A stretch of DNA of 45,781 nt, taken from IMG/VR virus record IMGVR_UViG_3300048848_000278, positions 1 through 45,781 of that record; one strand, 5' to 3'. Of this stretch, positions 1 to 8,168 are shown in pieces. Every line of letters starts with the position of its first letter. The first letter of the stretch is position 1. Source of the DNA: a virus (Duplodnaviria > Caudoviricetes). Below the pieces are notes generated by a model. The model saw nothing but the letters and a program-made list of their open reading frames with translations. It was not told where the DNA came from and ran no database searches. Made by a program: the position numbers and the translations under genes.

Positions 1-477
1 ATGGCGGCGGCAATCTATGCGATCGGGATCGGGTCGAACCGGCGGGGTCGCCACGGCGGACCCGCCGACGAGGTGCGCGCCGCGATTGACGCGCTCGGTG
101 GCGTAATGGCCCGTTCGCCGGTGATCGCCTCCGCCCCGCTCGGCCCGTCGATCCGCCGCTTCGCCAACGCCGCCGTGCTGATCGCCAGCGAGGAATCGCC
201 ACCGGCGTTGCTCGCCCGGCTGAAGGGGATCGAGGCGGCGTTCGGTCGCCGCCGTGGCCGACGCTGGGGCGCACGCGTGATCGATCTCGATATCCTGTTG
301 TGGTCGCACGGGATCTGGCGTGACGATCGGTTGACGATCCCGCACGCAGGCTTGCGCGGCCGCAGCTTCGTCCTGTCGCCGCTCGCCGCCATCGCGCCAC
401 GCTGGCGCGACCCGGAAGGCGGACGAACCATCCGCCAATTGGCACATGCAGTTGACCGACCGCGTCCCCGCCCCTAG
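1..477 (+). CDS. folK: 2-amino-4-hydroxy-6-hydroxymethyldihydropteridine diphosphokinase (host gene)
   Basis: HPPK motifs IGIGSN, F.NAAV, LKGIE..FGR, WGARVIDLDILLW, LTIPH..L..RSFVL.PL. Confidence 0.93.
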   Translation: MAAAIYAIGIGSNRRGRHGGPADEVRAAIDALGGVMARSPVIASAPLGPSIRRFANAAVLIASEESPPALLARLKGIEAAFGRRRGRRWGARVIDLDILLWSHGIWRDDRLTIPHAGLRGRSFVLSPLAAIAPRWRDPEGGRTIRQLAHAVDRPRPRP

Positions 478-497
478 GTGCCCCGGATCGATGGCGG

Positions 498-573
498 GGG
501 TCCGTAGCTCAGTTGGTAGAGCAAGCGACTTTTAATCGAGAGGTCCCGGGTTCGAGCCCCGGCGGACCCACCA
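498..573 (+). tRNA. tRNA-Lys (anticodon TTT); probable prophage attachment site (attL)
   Basis: 76 nt; acceptor stem GGGTCCG/CGGACCC, D arm GCTCAGTTGGTAGAGC, loop CTTTTAA, T loop GGTTCGAGCC, encoded CCA; integrase gene starts 157 bp downstream. Confidence 0.95.
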
Positions 574-580
574 TCGACGT

Positions 581-670
581 GTTTCAGGGGCGTTCACCCC
601 GTCTCACACCCCTTGCAAACCCGCAGAAAACCGTGTGATCAAATGATGCACGGTGTCTCATCCGGTATCA
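581..670 (+). repeat. 10-bp-phased GTYTCA-like direct repeats, candidate excisionase (AlpA/RDF) binding sites in the att arm
   Basis: gtttca 581, cgttca 591, gtctca 601; gtctca 655, gtatca 665. Confidence 0.5.
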
Positions 671-687
671 CCCAAGATCGCGGCGGT

Positions 688-729
688 TGGGGGTACGCTG
701 GGGGTACGAGATCAGAGGATTGGGGGTAT
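688..729 (+). repeat. Three TGGGGGTAY direct repeats, candidate integrase arm-type binding sites
   Basis: tgggggtac 688-696 and 699-707, tgggggtat 721-729, immediately before the int start. Confidence 0.6.
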
Positions 730-730
730 C

Positions 731-2023
731 ATGCCGCTGACGGACACGCAGGCCCGCAAGGCCGCTCCCGGCGAGAAGAATTACAAGCTCGCCGACTCGG
801 CCGGGCTCCACCTCTTCGTCACCACGAAGGGCTTCAAATCCTGGCGGCTGAAATACCGTTTCGCGGGCAAGGAGAAGCTGCTCGTGCTCGGCGCCTATCC
901 CGAGGTGTCGCTGAAGGAGGCGCGGGACCGGCGCGATCGCGCGCGTGCCGAGCTGCGCGACCACAAGGATCCGGGCCTCGAAGAGCGGAAGCGCGAGATG
1001 GCGGCGCACGCGGCCGCCGGCGCGACCTTCAAGGTCGTGGCGATGCGCTGGTACGAGGCGCAGTGCCCGCGCTGGTCGCCGGTACAGCGGAAGAAGGTGA
1101 TCCAGGCGCTCGATCGCGACGTGTTCCCGGCGATCGGGGCGCTGCCGCTGATCGACATCGACGGGCCCATGGTGCTCCGAATGCTTCGCAAGGTGGAAAC
1201 GCGTGGCGCGATCGACACCGCCAAACGGATCCGGCAGCACGTCTCGGCCGTGTTCGGCTACGGCATCGCCGAGGGGCTCGCTGCGCACGATCCGGCAGCG
1301 GGCATCAAGCGCGCGCTGAAGCCGACGCCAACGGGCGGAAAGCAGCCCGCGCTGAAGGATATTGTGGTGGCCCGCCAGCTGCTCGCCGATATGGACGCCT
1401 CGACGTCGGGGCCGATGGTGAAGCTGGCGTCGCGCCTGCTCGCCCTCACCGCCGTCCGGCCGGGAATTCTGCGGGCAGCGCCCTGGTCAGAATTCGAGGG
1501 GATCGACTGGTCCGACCCCAAGGCTGCGTCGCCGGCGGCACTATGGCGCATCCCGGCGGCGCGGATGAAGCTCGCGCTCGAGAACAAGGCCGACGAGGCT
1601 TTCGAGCATGTCGTGCCGCTCCCGTCGCAGGCCGTCGAGGTGTTGCGCGCTCTGCGCCGCCTGACCGGCAAATTCCCGTTCATCGTCCACAGCGTGCGAT
1701 CTACGCACCAGCCGATGAGCGAGAACACGCTCGGGTACATGTACGTGCGGAACGGCTATAGCGGCCGACACGTGCCGCACGGCTGGCGGTCGACTTTCTC
1801 GACCATCATGAACGAATATGCGGTGGAGCAGCGGCGGCCAGATGATCGGGCGATTATCGACGGCATGCTGGCTCACCGTGCGAAGGGCACGTCGGGGTCG
1901 GAGATGGCGTACAATCGCGCCGCGTACATGCCCCGACGGCGCGAACTGGCGCAGGTGTGGGCGGATCTCCTGACCGCTGATCTTCTGCCCGCCAACGACC
2001 TGCTGGACGGGCAGGACCGCTAA
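731..2023 (+). CDS. int: Tyrosine recombinase/integrase, P4-like with N-terminal arm-binding domain
   Basis: N-terminal MPLTD...YKLADSAGLHL..KSWRLKYR...LGAYPEVSL; catalytic R (VRPG), HGWR, LAH, AYNR. Confidence 0.95.
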   Translation: MPLTDTQARKAAPGEKNYKLADSAGLHLFVTTKGFKSWRLKYRFAGKEKLLVLGAYPEVSLKEARDRRDRARAELRDHKDPGLEERKREMAAHAAAGATFKVVAMRWYEAQCPRWSPVQRKKVIQALDRDVFPAIGALPLIDIDGPMVLRMLRKVETRGAIDTAKRIRQHVSAVFGYGIAEGLAAHDPAAGIKRALKPTPTGGKQPALKDIVVARQLLADMDASTSGPMVKLASRLLALTAVRPGILRAAPWSEFEGIDWSDPKAASPAALWRIPAARMKLALENKADEAFEHVVPLPSQAVEVLRALRRLTGKFPFIVHSVRSTHQPMSENTLGYMYVRNGYSGRHVPHGWRSTFSTIMNEYAVEQRRPDDRAIIDGMLAHRAKGTSGSEMAYNRAAYMPRRRELAQVWADLLTADLLPANDLLDGQDR

Positions 2024-2247
2024 GCCGCGGCCTGCCACTCCATCGGTGCCGCCATCCATGCGGCCACGTCGCTTTCATACCAAGCGACGGAATTTGCCCC
2101 GATCCGGCGGGGCGTCGGAAACTCGCCCTTTTCGGCTTTCCGATAGATCGTCGCACGGGACAGCCCGGTGCGACGGATCACGTCCGGCAGGCGCAGGAAG
2201 ACGTCGTTACGTCGATCCACAGCCTCAACCCTCCCCATCATACTCAC
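2020..2247 (-). CDS. AlpA-family excisionase/recombination directionality factor
   Basis: FLRLPDVIRRTGLSRATIYRK...EFPTPRRIGANSVAWYESDV signature; convergent with int; exact start uncertain. Confidence 0.88.
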   Translation of the reverse strand: MSMMGRVEAVDRRNDVFLRLPDVIRRTGLSRATIYRKAEKGEFPTPRRIGANSVAWYESDVAAWMAAPMEWQAAA

Positions 2248-2846
2248 TTCCTACTCCTCCAAATAACCGGCTGCTGATCCCTCGGGATGCGCCACAATCC
2301 TCGTGCCATCGGATGCTTCGGCGCACCCGACAGCGTTGTTCCCAGGCAGATGAGGTCAACGCCGATCGTATCGGCGGCGAAGTCGGCGAACCGCGTCGCC
2401 TCGCCCTCGAAGTCCCCGTCGTTTCCCCACGCGACCAGCATCCGGCCACCGCCCATCACCGCGGCGATCAGCCCCGCCTCACGCCATCGCTGGCGGTTCG
2501 TCTCACAGATTCGGCCGTCCGCTTTCATCATCTCCGCCGGCTTCGGAGATCGCCATCCGTAGAGATTGACGATCGTCAGCCCGCCATATCCCCACAGCTT
2601 CGCAAAATGGATCAGCGCCAGCAGCGTCTGATCCTCGCGCTCAGCATCGGCCTTCGACGGGTTGAGCATGCAGACGACGAGGATGGGCTTGCCTGCCTCC
2701 CACTCGCGTTCCAACCAATACCGGTAGAGACCGCACGGGCTGATCTCGGCGGCGCGGCGCATGAACAGGTCGGGAGCCAATCCACCGATCATGGCTCGAT
2801 CCACTTCTGCAGCAGGGCGCCGATGATCACGCCGATCAGCAGCCAC
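2244..2846 (-). CDS. DUF1643 family protein
   Basis: YRYWLEREW, MLNPSKADAEREDQT, NLYGWRS, VAWG, PKHP motifs; start uncertain. Confidence 0.8.
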   Translation of the reverse strand: MAADRRDHRRPAAEVDRAMIGGLAPDLFMRRAAEISPCGLYRYWLEREWEAGKPILVVCMLNPSKADAEREDQTLLALIHFAKLWGYGGLTIVNLYGWRSPKPAEMMKADGRICETNRQRWREAGLIAAVMGGGRMLVAWGNDGDFEGEATRFADFAADTIGVDLICLGTTLSGAPKHPMARGLWRIPRDQQPVIWRSRK

Positions 2847-2895
2847 GTCAGGCGGCGAGGGGCGGGGCTCTTCGTGCTTTCGGGTATTTGGTCGT

Positions 2896-3393
2896 TCATG
2901 CGGCCCACCTCACTTGCGATGCCGGCCACGCCAGCTTCAGCGCGCCGATAATTTTGCGTTCCGGATCGATGCTGATCCCGAAATCCCGGTCAACCGCCGG
3001 CCCTCCGATGATCGCGGACACCACCACGAAGCCGCTGGGCAGCGGTTCAAGGTCGGCGGCGCGGCCGCGCAAGTGCGGGCAGGCTGTCAGGGCGTGGTCG
3101 GCGCAGGCGCGGTGCACCGGGGCCTCCGTCGTCATGAAGTGTCGCTCCTCGATCCGGCCGAGCTTGAACCACCACCGATCGCCCGGCGGCGTCAGCTCGC
3201 CACAGACAGTGCAGCGCATCTCTGCGATCGATCGGCGCTGCCGCACCATGTGGGGCTTCGCGAAGATCGGCTTGCCCTCGCCGGGAGCATGCGGGCTCCA
3301 CAGCGCCAGCCGGCCGCGAACCCAGCGGCACGGCCGAACCTCGTATCGATCCTCGCCTGACCAGGCGGCGTTCCAAGGGACGCTGACCTTCAT
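2896..3393 (-). CDS. Phage hypothetical protein with putative Zn ligands
   Basis: CTVCG and H.AC....L..CPHL; overlaps the upstream gene stop. Confidence 0.65.
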   Translation of the reverse strand: MKVSVPWNAAWSGEDRYEVRPCRWVRGRLALWSPHAPGEGKPIFAKPHMVRQRRSIAEMRCTVCGELTPPGDRWWFKLGRIEERHFMTTEAPVHRACADHALTACPHLRGRAADLEPLPSGFVVVSAIIGGPAVDRDFGISIDPERKIIGALKLAWPASQVRWAA

Positions 3394-4469
3394 GCGGGCA
3401 CCCCGTCATGGGTCACGCCGTCGAGCGTGCGTCCGGCCACCTTCTTGCTGACGCGCATGGCGCTGACATCCCCCGGCCCCCATCGTCCGCCATCGAATCG
3501 GCCGCGCAGCCCGGTCGGGCCGAACCAATGCGTCGCTTCGGACGTGTCGAAATCAGCGAACGCCCACGCGCCCCATTGCTTGAACAGGAATGCGGTAAAG
3601 GTCGCGGCGGCCTGGTCGCGCAACGCCCGCGCCCAAGCGGGATGCATCGGCCGGGCGTCGCGCCCGCTTTCCCCGCCGACCACGATCCAGTCTAGCGCGG
3701 CGCGTTGCGGCGGCAGGCTGGGGACCGCGCTCCCGTCCATGCGAGGCGTGCCGCGATGATAGCCGGTCAGGGCGTCGAGCCTGACGTTCGAGCAGGCGAC
3801 CGACAGGCTGTCCGGGATGCTGATGGCGCGAAGGTCGAGCGGTCCCAGCAAAGGTTCGGCGCTGATCCACCGCACGGCGGCCGGGGTGGCCAGCAGATCG
3901 GGGATGCGCTGTCCGGCACGCTCCTGATCCTCGACCGAGACGCCCAGCCACACGTTCGGCAATGGCCCGCGTTCGAGCGCGTGCATGATGGCGCTGCCGG
4001 TTTCCATCGGTCGCTTGTGCGGATAGACCGCCGCCTCGGCGATCGCTCGCGACCGTTCGGGCAACGCGCTGATGTAGTGGCGCATGTTCGCCGACCGCTT
4101 GGTCAGCACCTGAAAGCGATGGCCGCGCGTCTCGACCGCGCACAGCGCAATCACGGCGAACACCCGGTCGAGCATGTCCCACGACACCGCGTCGTGGAAC
4201 AGGTCTCCGTGGGCGCAGACGAAAATGTCGCGCGGTTTCGACCATTCCAGTGGCTGGGTCAGCCAAGGTTCGTGCAGCCGCACCGCGCCGTTCCAGACCG
4301 GCCCCGCCTTGGTGTCGATCGTCAGGCCAGCGCGGCTCGGGTGATGACGTAACCGGGTGCCGGCGAGGCCCATGGCGTAGCAATGCTTGCACCCCGGGCT
4401 CAGGACCGCGCAGCCGTTGATGATGTTCCAGGTGGCGTCGGTCCATTCGATCTTCGTCGTGTCAGCCAT
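3390..4469 (-). CDS. DUF5131 / phage Gp37Gp68 family protein (radical-SAM-like)
   Basis: TKIEWTDATWN..GC..SPGCKHCYA, DLFH, FQVLTKR, NVWLGVSVEDQ, SAEPLLG, WIVVGGESG, FLFKQWG. Confidence 0.9.
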   Translation of the reverse strand: MADTTKIEWTDATWNIINGCAVLSPGCKHCYAMGLAGTRLRHHPSRAGLTIDTKAGPVWNGAVRLHEPWLTQPLEWSKPRDIFVCAHGDLFHDAVSWDMLDRVFAVIALCAVETRGHRFQVLTKRSANMRHYISALPERSRAIAEAAVYPHKRPMETGSAIMHALERGPLPNVWLGVSVEDQERAGQRIPDLLATPAAVRWISAEPLLGPLDLRAISIPDSLSVACSNVRLDALTGYHRGTPRMDGSAVPSLPPQRAALDWIVVGGESGRDARPMHPAWARALRDQAAATFTAFLFKQWGAWAFADFDTSEATHWFGPTGLRGRFDGGRWGPGDVSAMRVSKKVAGRTLDGVTHDGVPA

Positions 4470-4785
4470 CGATCAGCTCCCGGCTCGGCAGCGTCTCGCC
4501 GACATCGTGATCTGCAGCGAGATCCGGCAGCACGATCTTCCGGAAGCCATAGCCGAGCCAGAGGAAGTCGCTTGGATAGCCGAGCAGTCCGATGAACGTG
4601 AGATCTTCGCTATTGTCGACATTGACCACGAAGTGGCGCGAACCGCGCTGCGGCGCGCGCAGAGGCTCAGGAAGCGCCCAATTGTCGCAAATGCACTCTG
4701 CGACGTCTCCGGTGCGCCACTGCTCCTCGCGCAGCGGCGGCTGTGGCGGCGTGATAGGAAGCTTCTTGCGTGAGAATGGCCACAT
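4462..4785 (-). CDS. Phage hypothetical protein
   Basis: ORF overlapping its neighbour in the leftward operon, SD-like AAGGAG upstream. Confidence 0.55.
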   Translation of the reverse strand: MWPFSRKKLPITPPQPPLREEQWRTGDVAECICDNWALPEPLRAPQRGSRHFVVNVDNSEDLTFIGLLGYPSDFLWLGYGFRKIVLPDLAADHDVGETLPSRELIDG

Positions 4786-4789
4786 GCCG

Positions 4790-4981
4790 TTACTCCTTTC
4801 CCCGATCGGTTCTGTTGGCGATCGTCGTGAGCTGGCGGCGCACGACGGCGAGCGCAGCGGACCGCTCCGGGGAAGGCGGCAGGCGCATGGCCTCGTCGCG
4901 GCGGGCGAGCACTTCCTCGCGGACTAGCGTGCGGGCGCGGGGCCCAGCCGAACCGCGGCCGTATTGCGGGTACATCTTCAT
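4790..4981 (-). CDS. Small phage hypothetical protein
   Basis: TGATG overlap with the upstream gene. Confidence 0.5.
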   Translation of the reverse strand: MKMYPQYGRGSAGPRARTLVREEVLARRDEAMRLPPSPERSAALAVVRRQLTTIANRTDRGKE

Positions 4982-5559
4982 CAGCGGACCGCCCTCTTTG
5001 CTTCGTCACGGGCACGGCTCAGCTCCGCCATCGCGTCAGCGGAACCGCCAGGGCGGTCAGGGTGGACGTCGAGCGAGCGCGCGCGAAAGGCGCGATCGAT
5101 GTCGAGCAGGATCACCTTCGCATCGGCGGAGAAGCCGAGCACCTCCCGCCAGCCGCGGCTGTTCGGCGGCGCGGGCAGGGCGACGAAGCCCTTGAAGGTC
5201 TGCCGCACGATGTGAAGCCCACCGTGCCGCATCTCTGTCCGACGCGCCTCGATGATATGGTGGATCGCCTGCAGGTTGTCCTGCACCTTTGGGTACCGGT
5301 CGACCGCGATGCAGCGTTGCTCGCCATCCCATACGAACCACGCGGCAACGCCGGGGTCCTGCGGGTTAGACACGCCGAGCGTCACGTTCGACGAGAGGAC
5401 GATGCCACCGACAGCCTTGCCGCTGTCCCGGCCGAACGCCTCCAGTGACCTGCGGACGTTGTCGAGCGCGCCGGCCAACGACGTCTTGAACTGCGACGAG
5501 GCGGGCTTCTCGGTCCGCGGCAGCCCGTCCGGCCACTGGAGGGGGTGGGCTTGCGTCAC
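4981..5559 (-). CDS. Phage J-domain (DnaJ-like) protein
   Basis: N-terminal AHPLQWP.G.PRT phage domain; C-terminal WREVLG...HPDRPGGS..AM..L..ARDEA J-domain with HPD motif. Confidence 0.8.
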   Translation of the reverse strand: MTQAHPLQWPDGLPRTEKPASSQFKTSLAGALDNVRRSLEAFGRDSGKAVGGIVLSSNVTLGVSNPQDPGVAAWFVWDGEQRCIAVDRYPKVQDNLQAIHHIIEARRTEMRHGGLHIVRQTFKGFVALPAPPNSRGWREVLGFSADAKVILLDIDRAFRARSLDVHPDRPGGSADAMAELSRARDEAKRAVR

Positions 5560-5795
5560 GGCTGCGCGCCCGCGACCAACTGCACGCCGGCGGCGACACG
5601 GCCGATGAAGGTGCCGATCTGCTCAGGGTGCAGCAGCAGCCAGCCGCCAGCGGCGAGCGCCCAAACGGCGAAGGCCAAGGCGACGACGTTGAAGATCCGG
5701 CGCGCGCGGCGCATCTGCGCCATGCGGCTTTCGATCCTGTCTCGGTCGCGCCGGAACTCGCGTGTGAACGGGTGACCCTCGTCGCGGCGCATCAT
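5556..5795 (-). CDS. Small membrane protein
   Basis: One hydrophobic segment IFNVVALAFAVWALAAGGWLLL; coupled to neighbours. Confidence 0.55.
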   Translation of the reverse strand: MMRRDEGHPFTREFRRDRDRIESRMAQMRRARRIFNVVALAFAVWALAAGGWLLLHPEQIGTFIGRVAAGVQLVAGAQP

Positions 5796-5983
5796 GCCGA
5801 CAACTCGGCAGCAGATCGGTCATCAGCCTCATCGCTGAACGCCGGCTCGATGTTGCCGGCGGCAAGGCTGAGGATCCGGCGCCACTGCGGCGCGACGACC
5901 TCGTACATGGCGTAAAGGGCGATCAGCAACATCGCCAACAGGCAAAGCCAGCCTGTGAGGTGCGCGGCAGCATTCCAGCTCAT
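5792..5983 (-). CDS. Small membrane protein
   Basis: MSWNAAAHLTGWLCLLAMLLIALYAMY; ATGA overlaps at both ends. Confidence 0.55.
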   Translation of the reverse strand: MSWNAAAHLTGWLCLLAMLLIALYAMYEVVAPQWRRILSLAAGNIEPAFSDEADDRSAAELSA

Positions 5984-6318
5984 GTGACGGGCTCCGACGA
6001 TTGGTGAGGCCGCACGAAGCCGGCCATGGATTTCGCTCCGAAGTCGCGGCGATCGACGTCGTACGCCTCGCCCTTCTCGATGACGTTGCCGCCGCGCAGT
6101 TCGATCTTGCGCTGCTCGACGGCGCGGCGCTTGCAGCTGCCCGGCACCCACACTCGCTTCATCGGCGCCTTGAGTTCGCCGACGCCGGGAATGCGGACAT
6201 ACCGACCCCGCGCGAGCACGGTGATGGCGGCGGCGAACACCTGATCAACGCGCTCGGCCGCGTCTTCCGGCGTCAGGCCGGTGGCGACCAGCGCCTCGAT
6301 CATCAGCCGGTCAGCCAT
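5980..6318 (-). CDS. HU/IHF-like DNA-binding protein
   Basis: TGLTPEDAAERVDQVFAAAITVLARGRYVRIPGVGEL follows the HU helix-helix-beta pattern. Confidence 0.65.
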   Translation of the reverse strand: MADRLMIEALVATGLTPEDAAERVDQVFAAAITVLARGRYVRIPGVGELKAPMKRVWVPGSCKRRAVEQRKIELRGGNVIEKGEAYDVDRRDFGAKSMAGFVRPHQSSEPVT

Positions 6319-6556
6319 CGGGCATCGCCTTCGCCGCGGCGGCGCGATCATCGACCCACTTCTGTCCCGCGGCCGTGGCGTGCCATGCCTCGATCCGGGG
6401 AGCGGCGCGTGTGCCGCGAAACTCGGCCATGCCGCGCCGATCAAGCGCGACGAGGACGGGATGCTTGCGCGGGGCGTCATAGCCGCTGGCGCCGACCCAA
6501 CGGACGTGGGTCAGCATGTTGGCCTGCGGCTTCGACAAGGCGATCGGAGCGCTCAC
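6311..6556 (-). CDS. Small phage hypothetical protein
   Basis: GTG start overlapping the upstream stop; operon context. Confidence 0.5.
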   Translation of the reverse strand: MSAPIALSKPQANMLTHVRWVGASGYDAPRKHPVLVALDRRGMAEFRGTRAAPRIEAWHATAAGQKWVDDRAAAAKAMPDG

Positions 6557-7050
6557 TTGCTGGCGTTCCCACGCGCAGCCCAGCCGGCGAGATAACCCGC
6601 ACACGCGCGATCCGAGGCGATGCGGCGGTCGGCGGCAGCGGGTAGCAGATCCTGCAATCGCGAGATTTCACGATGGATGGTCGCCTCTGCGGCATAGGCG
6701 CCGGTGTTCTCGTCGGTGAGCGCGCGCAGGTAATCGCCATGCGGGCGGTGATCCTGCGAGATGCGGCTCGCGCCGATGTCGGCGTTGATCAGGCGGAACA
6801 GCTCGTCGAGCGTGATGTCGATCGTATCAGCACGCGCCTGCATGCCGCCGACGCGGTAGTCTATCTGCTCCTGAAGCGCCTCACGCTGCGGGCTGGTCGC
6901 CGGGAGATCGAACACTCGCGCGGATGCCACGCGGATGTCGAGCACCGCCTGGCGGAAGTCTTTGACGGCGGCGGCAACGCGGGCGTCCGCGGCGTCATTT
7001 ACTGGATCGAGCCAGTCGGTCTGGGCTGCTGTAGCCACGTGAACCTCCAT
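6553..7050 (-). CDS. Phage hypothetical protein, first gene of the PL operon
   Basis: 165-aa ORF directly downstream of the OL/PL region. Confidence 0.6.
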   Translation of the reverse strand: MEVHVATAAQTDWLDPVNDAADARVAAAVKDFRQAVLDIRVASARVFDLPATSPQREALQEQIDYRVGGMQARADTIDITLDELFRLINADIGASRISQDHRPHGDYLRALTDENTGAYAAEATIHREISRLQDLLPAAADRRIASDRACAGYLAGWAARGNASK

Positions 7051-7074
7051 GCCGCGACATGCGGCGATGAAGGT

Positions 7075-7127
7075 CAGATATGCGGGCTACTTCCCGCAGT
7101 CAATACACCTGCGGGAAAAAGCCCGCT
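7075..7127 (-). promoter_or_regulatory. OL operators (two TGCGGG-N6-CCCGCW palindromes) and candidate PL promoter
   Basis: tgcgggctacttcccgca 7081-7098, tgcgggaaaaagcccgct 7110-7127; minus-strand TTGACT-N17-TATCTG encloses the first operator. Confidence 0.75.
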
Positions 7128-7136
7128 TAACTGCCC

Positions 7137-7862
7137 TCACATGCCGAAGGCTTCATCCCACGGCATGATGCGGTGAACCTCACGATAAAGCCGTGAGTCG
7201 AGACGGAAGGTCACGGGAGGATTGTACTGCTGCAGCTCGATATAGCTCGCGGAGCGGCGGACGAGCCTCTTGATGAGTACGCCAGCGGCGCTGTCGCCAT
7301 CCTCGCGCGTGCGAAGGTAAACAACAACATAATCTCGGCCTTTTGCCGGACGCTTGGGGTCGACGATCACTCCCTGTCCGCTCTCGTATGCTGGCTCCAT
7401 CGAATCGCCCGCCACGTACAGGCCATAGATGTCCCGCCGGTTCATCAGATTGGGAGGGCGGCGAAAGCGATCGACCACCTCCCCGGTGTTCAGATCGACC
7501 TGCTCGATAGCGACACGCCCGTCGGACTGGTCACCGTATTGCGCCTCGCTGCCAAGGGCAGTCCCATAAACAGGGATATCCTGAAGCATGTCTTGAGGCG
7601 GCGGAACGAGGCTTCGGATTGATCCGTCCTGCTGCACAGCGCCGCCCGGCCGGTCTGTCGCTCCTTGTAGGTAATCCACCGTCGTTTCCAGCGTCGCCGC
7701 CAGCGCCGCGAGGCGTGAACCGATAGGCTGGCGACCTCGACGGATGTCCCGGATCAAGTCAGGTTTGCCGACTGCCGTCATCGACGCCTTACGATCCGAG
7801 ATCCCAAGGGCGGTCAAGCGTTCCTCAATGCGGTCTATCAAGATTACGTTCGGATCTACCAT
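7137..7862 (-). CDS. cI: CI-like repressor (HTH plus S24 autopeptidase)
   Basis: N-terminal HTH; IPVYG, GDSMEP (catalytic Ser), IKRL (catalytic Lys); divergent from cro. Confidence 0.9.
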   Translation of the reverse strand: MVDPNVILIDRIEERLTALGISDRKASMTAVGKPDLIRDIRRGRQPIGSRLAALAATLETTVDYLQGATDRPGGAVQQDGSIRSLVPPPQDMLQDIPVYGTALGSEAQYGDQSDGRVAIEQVDLNTGEVVDRFRRPPNLMNRRDIYGLYVAGDSMEPAYESGQGVIVDPKRPAKGRDYVVVYLRTREDGDSAAGVLIKRLVRRSASYIELQQYNPPVTFRLDSRLYREVHRIMPWDEAFGM

Positions 7863-7940
7863 GCGGGACCCTTCCCGCAATTTTTCGGAATAATCATGCG
7901 GGAAGTATCCCTTGACATGTGCGGGCAGCATCCCGCATAT
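7862..7940 (+). promoter_or_regulatory. OR operators (three TGCGGG-N6-CCCGCA-type sites) and candidate PR promoter
   Basis: Sites at 7862-7879, 7897-7914 (degenerate), 7920-7937; CTTGACA at 7911-7917 and GCATAT at 7935-7940. Confidence 0.78.
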
Positions 7941-7967
7941 GCTTCGGGACGCAGCAAGAGCACCGCA

Positions 7968-8168
7968 ATGTCTGATCCTTCCCTCCTAACTGATGTTGAG
8001 ACGTTCCTCCGCAAGACCGGGGTCGCAGAGAGCGCGCTTGGTCGGGGGGCGGTGAACGATTGGAAGTTTGTCACCCAGCTTAGGGCTGGTCGGCGTGTTT
8101 GGCCTGAAACCGAGGCAAAGGTCCGCGAATACATGGACGCGTACGCCGCCGAGCAGGTGACGGCATGA
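7968..8168 (+). CDS. Cro-like small HTH regulator
   Basis: LLTDVETFLRKTGVAESALGRGAVNDWKFVTQLRAGRR; divergent from cI. Confidence 0.8.
   Translation: MSDPSLLTDVETFLRKTGVAESALGRGAVNDWKFVTQLRAGRRVWPETEAKVREYMDAYAAEQVTA

Noticed and set aside
1-477. folK as part of a phage 7-deazaguanine pathway with the TGT-like gene
   Set aside because: It lies on the host side of attL and acts in folate, not preQ0, synthesis
613-1761. 382-aa alternative-frame ORF over the integrase and the 653 upstream start
   Set aside because: No motifs; the integrase family N-terminus begins at MPLTD (731) and the upstream DNA is att-arm sequence
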